64,000 nt of DNA from the human T2T-CHM13v2.0 reference genome, Homo sapiens. This document shows, one piece after another, positions 26,735 to 40,249 of this stretch (positions are counted from its first letter, which is position 1; every line of letters begins with the position of its first letter). The stretch lies in the NCBI RefSeq assembly GCF_009914755.1, contig NC_060926.1; one strand, 5' to 3'. The notes below the pieces were generated by a model. The model was not told the origin of the DNA, made no database searches, and saw only the letters and a list, made by a program, of their open reading frames with translations. The position numbers and the translations under genes were made by a program.

Positions 26735-27188
26735 TCATATTAGATTCCTAGGGCGGCCATGACAAAGTACCATGAACTAGGTGACTTAAAACAACAGAAA
26801 TCCACTGTTTCCTGGTTCTGGAGGCTGGGAAGTCAATCACCCAGTTACCTGCAGAGCCTGCTTCCTCTGAAATCTGTAGGGGAGGATCCTGCTTTGCCTC
26901 CTGCAGCTTTTGGTGGCAAATGATAATCCTTGGCATTCTTTAGCTGTATCATCATTCCTATCTCGTCTCCACTGTCACCTGTGCGTCTGCCCATGTGTCT
27001 CTCTCCTCTCCTTAAAGAACATCAGTCACACCAAAGTAGGGGCCCATCCCAGTCCAGTATGACCTCATCTTAACTAATTACATCCACGACCACTCTATTT
27101 CCAAGTAAGGTGCTCTCCTCAGGCACTGCGGGTTAGGAGTTTTACACATCTTTTTCTTGGTGGAGGGGACCACAATTTAACCCATAGA
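26735..27188 (-). mobile_element. MLT1C-like solo LTR
   Basis: gccatgacaaagtaccatgaactaggtgacttaaaacaacagaaat...ccagtatgacctcatcttaact. Confidence 0.85.
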
Positions 27189-28884
27189 GGCTGCCAATGA
27201 CTCGATGTGAAGGCCAGGAACCACCGTCTGTCCTTTCTCCTTACCCCCCAGGTCAGTATTTCCTCTTAAATAAATAAAAAGCCCATTTTACATGGTTCCT
27301 AAGTTTGCTTGTAAATCTGAAGTATCAGTTTTCTCTTATGAACTTTGTGTGCCAAAATTAAATCCAACAAATATTTATTGAAAGCCTACAATTTGTAATT
27401 TCTTAAAGAATTACATAAAGAGCCTTCAGTTGGCCGGTGTATCTAAAGAGCAAAAGAATCATATTAGTAACCTAACTTAGAAAAGGCATAAAAAAGACAG
27501 AACAAAAATAACCATTAGCACATATGCATCTGAGAGAAATAAGAATATTGCATATTTTAGAAGTAATCTGATCAATAAACAAATTATTATATGAGGCACT
27601 TAGCACATATTGGTTTTCAATAAATACTTGATATTATTATTTGAATCAACTAGAGAATTTATTTGATTTAATGAAAGATGAGTTGGGGAACAGAAAAGTA
27701 ACAATGGCCCCAAAATATAAGAACCTTCAAAGAAAACAGTAGCACCAACCATTTTAAGAAAGGGAAAGAGAATAAAATATAAGAATCTCAACAAAGAACA
27801 TTAAAACACAAAAGTCCTGCATTGAGCTAACACATTACTGGAAATAATAAAGTTTCAAGTTTCCCCAGCTATGTTTTAAATATGAACACTGAAGTGTAAG
27901 GATTTCAAATGTGAATTAAAAGGAAATAATGATCAGGAAGTGCTATTGTGTGAAGAAAAGGAGTGCTCTAAAATCATCAAGGTGGTGCCCAACTGGCCAC
28001 TTCTGTTGCCTCTGCCCTCCCCCACAAATAGTCTAGCGAGGATGACAGTGACTAACTACTGTTGTCGCCTTGTAGCTCTTTGCTATGGTGAGTGGCACTG
28101 TGCGGGGATGGCCTGACCGAGAAGATGGGGGCCTGCGGGTCCTCGCCACACCCAGCCTGGTCTGCTCTCCTGGCTAGAGCCACCCTGAAGCCCTCAGTGC
28201 TCCCACCAGCCATCCGTGTGTCTCATTTTCCGATGTCAAAGGAAATCACTGGGCCTGTGCAGACAGCGGACCAGCCTGCCCGGTCCTCTGCCACTAGGTC
28301 CTTAGTAGGACAGACATCTTCGGGAGTGCTATGTGATGCAGTATATTTTAGAGTCTTTCTCCTGGTCATCTTGCTTAGAATCTCCCTTCTTCAGCCAATG
28401 AAATGGAAATTGTCAAACAGAATAAGGTAGTCATCTTGAAGCCCTGTGAGCTGGTTTTCCAGACCCTTTGGACCAAGCACAAGCCTGCCTTGAATCAAAC
28501 CCAAAGGGCTCACGTTACCTTTGATAATCACTGTGGGTTCCAGTGGCGTCTAATGGACAGAAGGGAATGTGAAGCTCTGCAGAGCCCTCACTGACCTCTC
28601 CTTGCATCTGGCATCCAGGGAGGGGTTTCAGCAGCAAGGTGGTTTGGGCCGCCCCTCTATTCCAGGGCCTGAGGCCTGTGAGGGTCGTACAGTGACCGTC
28701 CTTGTCATATGCAAGGTCCAGCGAAGCATTCTCAGGTAAAACTCAGAGCCCTGAAGCTGGCCTGGGGAGCTGTCTGCCTGTTCACTGCTACGCTGCATCC
28801 TTGCAGGCTACAATCAGGCTGCTGAAGTGATTAGGGGGGCCTCTAAGGTTCATAGTTGCATTCTAGATCCAACACCTCTTTTCA

Positions 28885-29320
28885 GATTCACATGCTCACT
28901 CAGCAAACATGAATTTGATGCCCAATGTGTGTGCCAGGCACTGTGGAGGTGTTGCAAATGGGCCAGTAAATGAGGGGCAGGGTTTGTAGAGTTGAGGGAC
29001 CTCTGACTCTTGAAAGAGGTCAGAGAAGGGTTCCCAGAGGACGGAAGTGGAGTCCAGGCTGAAGCTAAAGGTTGCCTCTGTAGCAGGGAGAAGAGGAGAG
29101 CATTGCTGAAGGGAAGATAGGGAAGAAAGTGACCACTTTGAGGGATTCCAGGTGGGTCAGTGAGATTGTAGGGGTATCGGAGGAAGTGAAGGAGGAGAGT
29201 GCAAAGAGTTCCTCAAATACAACCATACAAACCAGAGTAAAATCACTTTTATGTTTGGGCTTGCGATAATTAAGATTGTGGCTGGGGGTCATTTTAGAAG
29301 GCTGCTGCTATAATGAGAGG
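28885..29320 (-). mobile_element. L2 fragment
   Basis: cactcagcaaacat...tgtgccaggcactgtgg; gtcagagaagggttcccagagg. Confidence 0.55.
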
Positions 29321-29369
29321 TGCCCCTCATCTATACACTACACACACGATGGAGTGTGTCTGTTGTTCA

Positions 29370-30755
29370 CATTTTTTCTCATTTTTATTATAATTTTTAT
29401 ATGATTTATAAATGCTTTTACATGTGTTTTAAAATTTACAAATGCACAGGAAGAGTTTTAACTACTTTTTTTGCAATTGATCTCCAATTTCATTAGATTT
29501 TAGTGCACATACGTGGTCAATAATACTAATTTCTTGGGTATTTGTTCAAACTTCCTTTGTGGTTAAATATTTTTAGAAGACTGTTTCTTGCATCCTTAGA
29601 ATGGATGCGTGTTCTTTTAGCATTCAGTACATCCATGAGGCCAACGTCAGATTAGCTTATTAAATTTGCACAAAATGGGTTTTTCCCAGTTTGCTAGATC
29701 TATTTCTTTTCTAAGAATAATGTAATCAAAATATCTAGCTAAGGTTCTAAATGTTTTCCACTTCACCTACGTATTTGTCTGATTTCTTAAAAAGAATTTT
29801 TGAGTTTATATCGTTAGGAACATGTAAGTTTAAGCTTTTCATGACTTTTTACAGCTATTTTCATACTTAATGGAGCTGGACTGGTGTCATGAGTTCTACT
29901 TTTCTCTGATATTACTGCACTTGTTTTCCTTGTTTATATTTGCTTGGCATACCTTTTTCTATCTTTAATACTTTCTGTTACTTTTAACATTTTAACATTT
30001 CTGTTAAAAGTTCTAGGTGTGTCTCTTATAAAACACATATAGCAAATATTTTTTAAATTTATCTTCAAACTCTTTAAATATAGAATGTCAAGTTATTAGA
30101 TACTAATATTGTATGGTATGTTGAAAGAATGCAATTGTCAAAAAGTCTTATTTTTCAGATAGATACATATGAGGTTAAAAAAGTGATAGGGAAAGGGGAA
30201 GGGATCAAATTCAAAGGTTGGAATGCCACTTGGAGAAAGTAGGTTTTTATGTGCTTCAAGAAATAGAGACCAAAATGTATTAGATGGACACTTCTATTTA
30301 AATATAGAAGATGTGAAGAAAAGAGAATGCTAAAAATAAATTTCTTAAAATCTATTTTGATTAACAGAAAAATTTAAAATACATTTATCTTGATATTTAA
30401 TATACTTTGGTCTATTTTTACCATTTTATTTTCTAATTATTCTTTTTTATTTACTTTTCTCCTTAGTTTCTGCTATATAGACAGATATTGTTCTATTTTT
30501 ATTTCTGCTTTTAAAATTTTATGGGTTTACTAAACATTCTACTTCTATACTTTTTAGTTATTTTCCTTAAATATTTATTACATAGTTAACAGAGTCAAAA
30601 CATAGTAAATATCTCAGTCTCCTTCTCAAGGAAAAGAGTTACTTTTGAGCTATTTTGTTCTAAACCTGTTTACCGCTCCTTTCATTTTTAAAAATTTTCA
30701 GCACTTTCTGAAAGTGTTTTTGAACTTTCAAATATTTGTCTTCTGTTTTAGACTA
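29370..30755 (-). mobile_element. Old L1M antisense fragment (host of the templated insertion)
   Basis: tttgcttggcatacctttttctatc, ctaggtgtgtctcttataaaacacatatag. Confidence 0.6.
30086..30284 (+). repeat. Inserted copy of 26001-26199, flanked by a 13-bp direct repeat
   Basis: tttaaatatagaa at 30073-30085 and 30297-30309. Confidence 0.93.
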
Positions 30756-30768
30756 ACTCATTATTTAG

Positions 30769-31639
30769 CAAAATAATGAAATTGGACCCTTATTTTACAC
30801 CATACACAAAAATCGACTCAAAATGGATTAACAAGCATAACATCTGAAACTGTGAAAATACTAGAAAAAAAAGACAGGAAAAGCTTCTTAATATTGACCT
30901 TGGCAATGACTGTTTGAATATCACACCAAAAACTCAGGCAACAAAAGCAAAAATAAACAAATGGGACCACATAAAGCTAAAAAAACCTCTGCACAACAAA
31001 TTAAACAGACAACAAAACAAAAAGGCAACCTACATATTGGGAGAAAATATTAGAAAATCATATATCTGATAAGGAGTTAATATCCAAAATATATAAAGAA
31101 CTCATGCCACTCAATAGCAACAGCAGCATCACACAAAACAACCTGATTTTTAAAATGTACAAAGTATCTAAACAGATATCTCTCAAAAGAAGACATGCAA
31201 ATGGCCAACATATATATGAAAAGGTGCTCAAAATACTAATTATCAGAGAAATGCAAGCCAAAATTACAATGAGATATACCTCATTGTATATCTCATATAT
31301 TCAGGATGGTTATTAAAAAAGACAAGTGATAACAAGTACTGCTGAAGGTGTGGAGAACAGGGAACTCTTATACATTGTATAGTGTTGGTGGCAATGTAAA
31401 TTGAAACAGCCATTATGGAACCGGTGTGGAGCTTCCTCAAAAAATTTAAAAAACAGAGCTACCATATAACCCAACGGTTCCACTACTGAGTATACATATC
31501 CAAAGGAAAAGAAATTAATGTCCCAAAGAAATGTCCGCACTCCCATTGTTGATTGCATCATTATTCACAATAGCTAAGATATAAAAACAATCTGTGTCCA
31601 TTGTAGAATAAACAAGAAAATGTCAAATATGTGTGTACA

Positions 31640-31672
<33 letters not shown>

Positions 31673-32165
31673 GACATTATTCAGCCTTACACAAAAGAGG
31701 AGAAGCTGCTGTGCTGCCATTTGTGACAACATGTATAGACCTGGAGAACATCGTGCTCAGTGAAGTAAGCCAGGCACAGAAAGACAAGTACCTCACGCTC
31801 TCGTTTATATATGGAATTTCAAAGGGAAAAAATAGTTGAATGCATAGGAACAGAGAGTAGAACAGGGGTCAGCAGGGTAGGGAGGGAGAGGAAATGCGAA
31901 GGTGGAGGAAGGGTGTAAACTTGCAGTCAGTCATACAGGCTGTATGAGTCTACAGAAAGTCCAGCAGGGGGACTATAGTTAATATTGTATTGCATATTGA
32001 AAATTTGCTGAGAGAGTAAATTTTAGGTGCTCTCACCACAAAAACATTGAAAAGGTAACTATTGAAGATGACGGATATGTTAAATTGCCTATTCATAATA
32101 AGCATTGCACCATAGATATGTATATCAAAACATCAACTTTTACTCCTAAAACTTATACAATAAAA
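30769..32165 (+). mobile_element. L1MA (MA9-like) 3' portion
   Basis: ORF2 end and 3'UTR gactatagttaatattgtattg...ctcaccaca; TSD aactcattatttag / aattcattgtttag; (CA)n at about 31640-31670. Confidence 0.85.
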
Positions 32166-33330
32166 AATTCATTGTTTAGTAATTTGTTTGTTCATCACTG
32201 CTCCTTTCCCCCTACTCTTTCCTCAAGGACTTAAAATTTTCTTCTTTTCAAAATATATCCTTGAGAAGCAACTTCTGTTAATATTTATCTAAAAAAAATC
32301 TTTAATGCATTTTTACTTCCGAATGATGAAAATTTAAAGTCAATAGTAATTCTTCCCAGCATTTTGAACATATTCTCCCACTGTATTCAGAAGTCTAGAT
32401 TTTGCTGATAAGGTTGATAAAAAGACCTTTGTATAACCCCATCTTTGTAGATGAAAAATTCCTTATAATGATAAAACATTCAGTCTTAGATGCCGCACGA
32501 TGGACACAGAGAGGCGCCTCTTCTGTCCCCCGACTGAGCTGTGGGCAGATACCCATTGCTGGCCAGGACCTCTCAGAGGTTTCCTGTGTGGCAGAGAGCC
32601 ACGCTGGCCTAGGTCACTCCCTTGGGAAGGTAGGAGAAGAGGAGACCTAATCCATAGCTAGTTCAGGTGGTAATACAGGACCACAAAGGCTTTTCCAGAC
32701 CAACACGGGTCAACTTCATGGCCTCCGCCCTGCCGACCGCCATGGTGTTGGCTGAGGCTGTTCAGGCTGAATTGCGAATTGACTTTGGCCTTGGCTAGTC
32801 CTTGTTCCTTCCCTTTCCTTCTGGCATCCCTCCCAAGGTTACTCTGTAAGCCTTCATGCCTGTGGAACTCCATCTCGCAGGCTGCTTACCCGGGAACCCG
32901 ACCTGTGCACTTTGATTCCAGAAATGATTACAAAGAACAGACAAGTTTAGAGGGAGTCCAGGAGCGGAATTATCTTTGTATGGCTGGTAATGAGGACTCC
33001 ATCACTGGTTATGGGTGGATTAAAGACAACCTCCAAGAGTAAGGTCGAAGCCCAGTTGCTGTAACTCTCCCTGATGGTGAATTGGGATGGGTACCCCTGA
33101 AATGGTCCAGTAGCCAGTGGCAGGTTTCAGGCATTTTACAAATAAGTGAGAAATGTAACAACCAGGACAATGGACTTGGGAATCACTGTTTAAGCCAGTG
33201 AAGGCATTAGGTAAACAGATACTGAGATCCATCGACAGGAAGCTAAGAGCCAGTGATGAAACACAGAGGGAATCATACAGAGAAACTCTTCTGCTCCATA
33301 GGAGAAGGCTGAGAAAGCTGAGATAGAGAC

Positions 33331-33853
33331 TGTATTAGTTTTCTATGGATGCTGTAACAAATACACACAGGCTTGCTGGCTTAAACAATACAGATTATTA
33401 TCTTATGGATCTGGTGGTCAGAACTACAAAATGGGCCTCACTGAGTGAAAACTATCATGCTTTGTTCCTTCTAAGGGCTCTGGTGGAGAAATCAGGTCCC
33501 TTACCTTGTCCAGAGGCCTTATTCTAGAGGCCACCCACATTCTGGGTCTCCTTGCCCATTTACTCCTCCTTCAAAGCCGGCGGCATTGTATCTCTGATCA
33601 ACCTTCCATAGTTACATCTCTCTCTGACTTTCCTCTTCTGCCTCCATCTTCCAATTGTAAGGACCCTGCAAGTATATCAGGAGGACCAAAAAATTCAAGA
33701 TAATCTCCTCACTTTAAGGTCAGCTGGTTAAAAACCTTGATTCCACTGTAGCCTTAATTTCTCTTTAGCATGGAACCCAACATATTCACAGCTTCTGGAT
33801 CAGGACATGGATCTCTGTGTGGGGAGAAGGAGGTATTATTCTGCCTGCCAACA
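33331..33853 (-). mobile_element. MLT1D-like LTR nested in ERVL
   Basis: tgtattagttttctatggatgctgtaacaaat...tattctgcctgccaaca. Confidence 0.85.
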
Positions 33854-35759
33854 GGCACTAGACTTAATCTTCCAAGTAGCCAAACCCAGAAGAAGGTCAA
33901 GCTTCTCACCAAGGCAGCTCTGCAATGCACAATTCTGTTTACTAAAGAATAGAACCATGATTCATGGGATGGAGACATTTTGATTGGCGTGTCTCAAAAT
34001 CTTGAAGTTCCATGTTCCCACATGTCTTGTTTTCCAGAATTGTTATACCCCTCCCTGTTAAGAGCAAGCACTCTCTCTTACTTAAAATGCAGAGGCTGCC
34101 CCCCATAAGACATCTCTCCTAGCTCTTAGACCATAATTAAGCTTATGTCACAGCTGGGATGACCTGGGTCTGATAAATAGTCACAAGATCCAGCCAATGT
34201 GCACTGGCAGAGCCAGAGAAGTACATACAGGATTGGATTTTGAGAATTTTTCAGCAAAGGGCTCTGCACAAAAAGGAGAGTTTATTGCTTTGGAAGCAAT
34301 TTGGAGTTACAGGATTTAGCACCCTGACAAAGCCTTTGGCGATGGGTAAAATTGCCACCATGATGCTTCCTGAAGAATGGAAAAACTCAATGGTCCATAC
34401 TAAGTGAGCTGGAATGCCAGGATTGCATGGCAGACAGTGGAAGGGGGTGTGGGGAGACTCAGGGAGGTGGGCATGCTGGGATGGTTGCACTATGTCAGGC
34501 CAGCAAACCCACTGGAAGGTTCACAGAGACAGGGGGTTTGGGGCTGACTCTCTATTTCCTAGAAGAAGGAGTGCACAAGAAAAGAAGGACCAGTCTCCCA
34601 AAGACTGTTGGCATTTGCTGTCCTGTAGAGGCAGGGCCAATGATGGGAGACATCTTTATAGAATTAGGCTCGCTATAAATACAGGATGACAGAACTCTGC
34701 AGAAATACAGACCAGGTGGCAGTACTTCAAGATGAGAAGCCAGGTGGATGCAATTGTCATTATGACTGGCAAGGTTGGAGTGGCAGCCAGCAGGGCCTGA
34801 CCTTCAGAAGTATGAAGAGGATTTGTAGAACACAGCACCCTGGGGGCAAAATGGACAGGCAGCCAATCAGGGCACTGCTCACATCATCAGAAAAAATCAA
34901 GGATGGATGATCAAGAGGCTGAGAGCAGTATATTCCTGGTGCAGTTTTGAATTTGAGCCATGTTTGGACCTAAGACCTACTGATGGAAGAAGAGGCCATG
35001 TTCCCAGGTGGAAGGACCGTGAAGCACCATGGAAAGTATGCATGGCAATGATTTCCCCAGCCCTTCCACAAAATATATGTAATTTCTTGGGTCACTGTAC
35101 ACGAAGGAAAGGAAAATATCCAAGTGTTTTTAGGATTGTTGGACAGAGATTTAGAGTTGACAACAAAACCTGGAGCCCTGCAGAGTCATTTTCACTCCTC
35201 TGTTAGAGTTTGAATTTATGGGATCAGTGATAAATAGAATTTTGGCTGATGTCCTGCTTGAAATAGATTCATTGATTCTACAGACCTGCCAAGTGCCTAG
35301 TACGTATTTGGGAAAGACATACTAGGCCACTGGTGCAAACCCCACATTGGGTCTTTTGCATGTATGATCAGAGATATAATAGCAGAAAAGCCAAATGGGA
35401 GACTGTAAAACTATATTCCACCCTCATCTCAGACAAGATACAAAATTATATAATTGGAATATATATATATATATATATATATATCACCCAAGGATGGCAG
35501 GAATTACAAGCACACTTAAGGAGTTAAAGTATGCCAGGGTAGTGATCCCACTTTGTCTGTATTTACTTTACTTTTCTGGGCCTAAGGAAAAATCAGATTA
35601 TTTTGGAAAGACAACAGTAGTCCCTTGCAAGCTCAATGCAGTATGACCCCAAGTGCTGCACCCTGCCCATACCCAAGCAGGTTAACATGGCTGCAGGTGC
35701 ATCATAAAAGACCATCCATCTAGCAATGCATTCCCATCTTGATCAGAAAACTAGATCAG

Positions 35760-36085
35760 TGTCTTAGTCCATTTTATGTTACTTTAACAGAGTATTTGAG
35801 ACTAGATAATTTATAATGAACAGAATTTTATTGGCTCACAGTTCTGGAGACTGAGAAGTCAAAGGTTGAGGGGTCGGCATCTTGTGAGGACCTTCTTGCT
35901 GCATTATCACCAGGAGGAAGACAAGAGGGTAAGAGAGAGCAAGTGGTGGCCAGACTTGCCCTTTTAGAACAGCACCAATTCCACCCATGAGGGCAGAGCC
36001 ATCATAATAACCTCCTCATACCATCACAATGGCAAACTGAATTTCAACATGAGTTTTGGAGAGGACAAACGTGAAAACCATAGCA
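35760..36085 (-). mobile_element. MST (MSTC-like) LTR nested in ERVL
   Basis: tgtcttagtccatt...aaaccatagca; perfect TSD atcag at 35755-59 and 36086-90. Confidence 0.88.
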
Positions 36086-37596
36086 ATCAGAAAGTTTGCA
36101 TGCACATGAAACTGACAATAGCACATATTTACAGTTTCTTCTCAGGGCAATATTATGTCTTCTTCCCTCTGGAAAGAAGAAGTCTGGGCCATCTGGACAT
36201 CATAAAGGTCAACTCTCTATGACATTGTGTTAATCAGGCCAACAAGAAGAGACTACAGTGTTGGATGCCTTGGTAATCCACACACACTTCAGAGTGTGAC
36301 AGATAAGCCCTAGATAAATCCAGGAGCATGCCACTTTAGTGAAACTTTTAGGAGTCTAGTGGTCAGGACACGTTATCCAAAATAAAGGACAAGTTGTGGC
36401 ATCTCATTTTTCCACCATAAGAAAGCGCACCACCTGGCAGACCTGTTTGTTTTTTGAGGCAGCTTGTGCCATACTTGAGAATACTCCTTCAGCCCACATT
36501 TCAGGCAATGCAAAAAATTCCTGCTTCTAGTGGGGCTGCAAAATGAAAAGATACTGCAGCAGTTCAGGCTATGGTGCAGTCAAGACTTGGGCCAGGTGAT
36601 CCAACAGACTAAACAGTATTAGAAATATTAGAAGTGGGAGCAGACATCATGTTAATTTCATGCCAATGCCATGGTAAAATCATAAAGTAGGCCTCTGGGG
36701 TTCTGAAAGCAGGAACAACCCTATTTATCATCACGCCCAATGACCTGCATGGGAGAGGCATGTTCCTATTTTCTCAGCTCTGAGATGTGCATGAATAAAG
36801 ATCCGGGTTTCAAAGGAAGAACACATCCAAGAAGGGAAGAGTAAACATTCCACTGAACTCATATTAGTGATGGCTGCTGTATGGGCACTTTAGGTCTGGT
36901 TCTTCATTTCCAGGGACGAGCAGTCAAAAAGAGGATTTGCCATCCCATCCAGGGCAATTGCTCCTGATCATCAGGAGGGGATCCAGCTGCTCCTGAGGTG
37001 AGAAAGGATGTGGTTAAAATCCAGGTGACCCATACTGGAGCTTCCTGGTTCTCCCTGGCCTGATAGCAATGGTAAAATAGACAGTTACACCAATCCCAGG
37101 CTCAGAAGAACAGTGACAAAGTGTTCATATTCTCAGGACTGAGGATCTGCTCATTCTCCCAGGAAAGTCACTAGGACCAGAAGGGGCGCTGGCTGCAGGT
37201 GAGGGGGAATCCAGAACAGGTGGTGGGGCAGGGACATATTGAGCATCCGTGGCAGCCTCAAAGCCGGCTGCAGGGGCGGGTGCTTGGTGCCATCTTACTA
37301 ACTGTCATGACACCTGTCTTTCCAAGGAAAAGAGGCCCACCAGGATTACAGAGGAGCTACTCCTGAATGTGTGTGAAAAAGGGATCCAAACAGAGCAAGG
37401 AGTGGACTGTGGGGTGTGGGGATGCTCTTCAGAGCTTCGCCCAGGAAGCTCTTGTTTCCAGCTGTGGGGAGGCTGACAGCTCTTAGTCCATCAGGCAGTG
37501 CCACCTGCAGAGGAAGAGAGACACTCGCCCAGCCATGGCTTCTGCAGAGGCTCCCGTGGAATGATTGCTGCAAAAGCCCAACCATTTTGCCTCAGT

Positions 37597-37744
37597 GGGA
37601 ACCAATCCCTAGGACCCACGGTCGCTCCAGAATGGGAACCAACTCCGAGGACCCACGGTTGCTCCAGAATGGGAACCAACTCCGAGGACCCATGGTCGCT
37701 CCAGAATGGGAACCAACTCCGAGGACCCATGGTCGCTCTAGAAT
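37597..37744. repeat. 37-bp minisatellite, 4 copies
   Basis: gggaaccaactccgaggacccacggtcgctccagaat starting at 37597, 37634, 37671, 37708. Confidence 0.95.
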
Positions 37745-38237
37745 GCCCCCATAAAGTTGGCTAACGCTGGTCTTTGGGTTTTTCTTGGCTCAGCACCACT
37801 GCCTTCCTCTTCCTTCCCTAGGTGTTGATCCCAGCAGCACTCTGTGAAAGGCATCCTGCATCTGGGCTCGCATTAGGTGATCCAAGCTGCCATGCCCATG
37901 ATCTTTCTAATGGGAAGACACTGGAAGCACTTTTAGTAAAATCAAAAGCAAGAATGGACACTATCCTTTCTAATCTATTTTATGTGAAGATATTAGCCAG
38001 TCTAATTGGAATTGAGGGGAGGGACTTAAAAAATAAATCAAGAAAAGATAAAAGTGAAAGAAAGAAGAAAAATTATCTTTATTTGATAATGATCTTATCA
38101 GAAAAACTAAAGAGGCCAATAGAACAAATGTTTTAAATAATGAGAAATGTCAAGGAGGCTAAATAAAAAATTAGCTTACAGATATGAATATACTTTATGT
38201 ATACAAACAATTGTTTAGACAATGTATAAAAAAATCT

Positions 38238-38690
38238 CTGTGACTTTCAGGATACTAACAAGAAGCAGAGGACACATCAGCTGAGGTTTCAGAGAGAATG
38301 TAATGAAGGAGTGATTCAGAGAGTAAAAATAAACCAACAAGGAACATTAAGATATAAGAAGGAGAAGTTGTTCCACCCCTGGACCCGAGGGAGCAGGAGG
38401 AGAGGATGTCCTTGGAGCTTGGGTCAAGGAAAAAGGCTGCCCGGCAGGGAGCTCTAGTCACAGACGTGCTCAGTCACTTCCCTAATCTTCGCACCAGGTC
38501 ACTGAAGGGGAAATACAGGGACCCTGCAGTCACCTGTCAGTGACATTCCTCCTTATACAAACCAGGCTGTGAGGAAGGTAGGTGACAGAGCCCTGGGGAG
38601 GGCCAGGTAGGGCTGGGAGGTTGGGCTGGCCCACAGAGCAGTGCCCAGAGAGGCACTGGGCAGCCATCATGAGGCACACTCTGCTTCTCT
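38238..38690 (-). mobile_element. Old ERVL LTR fragment (LTR40/41-like) within L1ME remnants
   Basis: caagaagcagaggacacatcagctgagg...gagaatgtaatgaagg; GC-richer block interrupting L1-like sequence. Confidence 0.4.
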
Positions 38691-39194
38691 TGGTAACAAG
38701 GAACTGTGATGTCGAGGAATGAAATTAAGGTGGCCAATACAATTTCAATATGTGAAAATCTAGAAAGCCCTCTTGAGAGACTCTAAAAGATATAGCACAT
38801 ACTTGGCCAGAAATTATCATTACCAGAAACATTTCAATTTTTCCCATGTTAATTCAAAAGCAACATGATTTAATAAAATAGCATCAGGATTTGTTTTTTG
38901 TTAACAGGCTTGTTTTAAAGGATGTGGAAAAATAGACAAGTAGCAATTTCCATGAGCATTTTGCAAAAGAAAACAGTGGGTGAGGAAGTTATTTGTTATG
39001 ATTAACGTAGAGTTCACTTTAAAGCTACAATAAGTTAAATAATGTGGTACAAGTTCATGACTAGTGATCATGATCAATAAAAAAGACTAAAAAGTCCAAA
39101 ACTTAATCTAAAGCTGTTATTTGCTATTAATAGCACAACAAATTAAGTGGGGAGAGATGGATAACACAATTAACTCGTTAACTCAATTAATAGA

Positions 39195-39430
39195 AATATT
39201 AATGTTCATTGAATGTTTATATGCATGGGCACTGTTGGGTGTATCTGAACTGATGTATATGAACTAATTTCATCATTAAAACAACCCTCAAAAGTAGATA
39301 TTATTATTATCCCCACTTTTCAGTTAGCAAGAAACACAGAGCCGTTAAGTGATTGCCTAGAGTTCCAGAGCTAGAGATTGGCAGAGCTAGAATTCAAACC
39401 AGGCAATGGATCTCCAAAATGCATTATGTT
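39195..39430 (-). mobile_element. MIR
   Basis: tattattatccccactttt...gttaagtgattgcc...ggcagagctagaattcaaacc. Confidence 0.8.
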
Positions 39431-40249
39431 CCTTAAATCTCTGCTGATCTTGGAAAAAAAACTCAGATTGTTTTCTCAAAACCTTATACCAAAAATAAAT
39501 TATAAATAAAACAATGATTTAAGTTTAAAAAAAAAACGAAGTGCAAAAGTACTAAAAGAAAACATTGAATTTTCAAGTTATTATTGGTATTATTTTTAAT
39601 AATGATCTTTGAGTGGGGAAGAAATTTTTAAGTTTATTCCCAGAAAAAATGTAGCTGTAGCCAAAATCACAGACCATGTTTAATTCCCTTAATATGCAAT
39701 GGGCATGCCCAAATATGTAAGGAAAACATATTGATGAATCAATAGAAAAAAATGGGCATGGATATGCAGTCAGTTGATAGAGAAGGATCTGCAGATGGCT
39801 CTCAAATATGTGAAAAGAAGATAAATCCCACCCTAATGCAAGAAATGTAAATTAAAATTGCCTTCAGCTATTGCTTTTCCTCATCAAATGAACAAATATT
39901 CAACATCTGGAGAGCCCATTGTGCAGAGGATGATGTGGAGAAGTTGCAGATTCTAGGGAGAGCAGTTTAGCAAAATGCATCAAAATTTGAAATGCACACA
40001 CTCTTCACCTTACCTTATTCTCTCATCCCAACCCACAGTATATTTTTATCATGGCAGCCAGAATGATCATTATAGCAAATATAAATCAGAGCATTTCACT
40101 CCTCCAGTCAATGCTCTCCAGTGGCTCCCATTTTTCTCGGAGCAAAAAGCAAAGTTCTCTAAATGGCTCATTGTACCTGGATCCTTCTGAACCTCTGTGC
40201 CCTGGTCTCATCATAACCTTTTCCATTAACTCTCTCATTCATTTTTTAA

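Larger units (their letters stand above)
32490..37895 (+). mobile_element. Ancient ERVL-class provirus remnant (LTR16 / ERV3-16A3-like): LTR, internal region, LTR
   Basis: 5' LTR end ctccatctcgcaggctgcttacccgggaacccgacc; ORF 35395 (ITSTLKELKYARVVIP...CKLNAV) resembles the ERVL RT N-terminus; PPT-like agagcaaggagtggac before TG at 37408. Confidence 0.7.
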
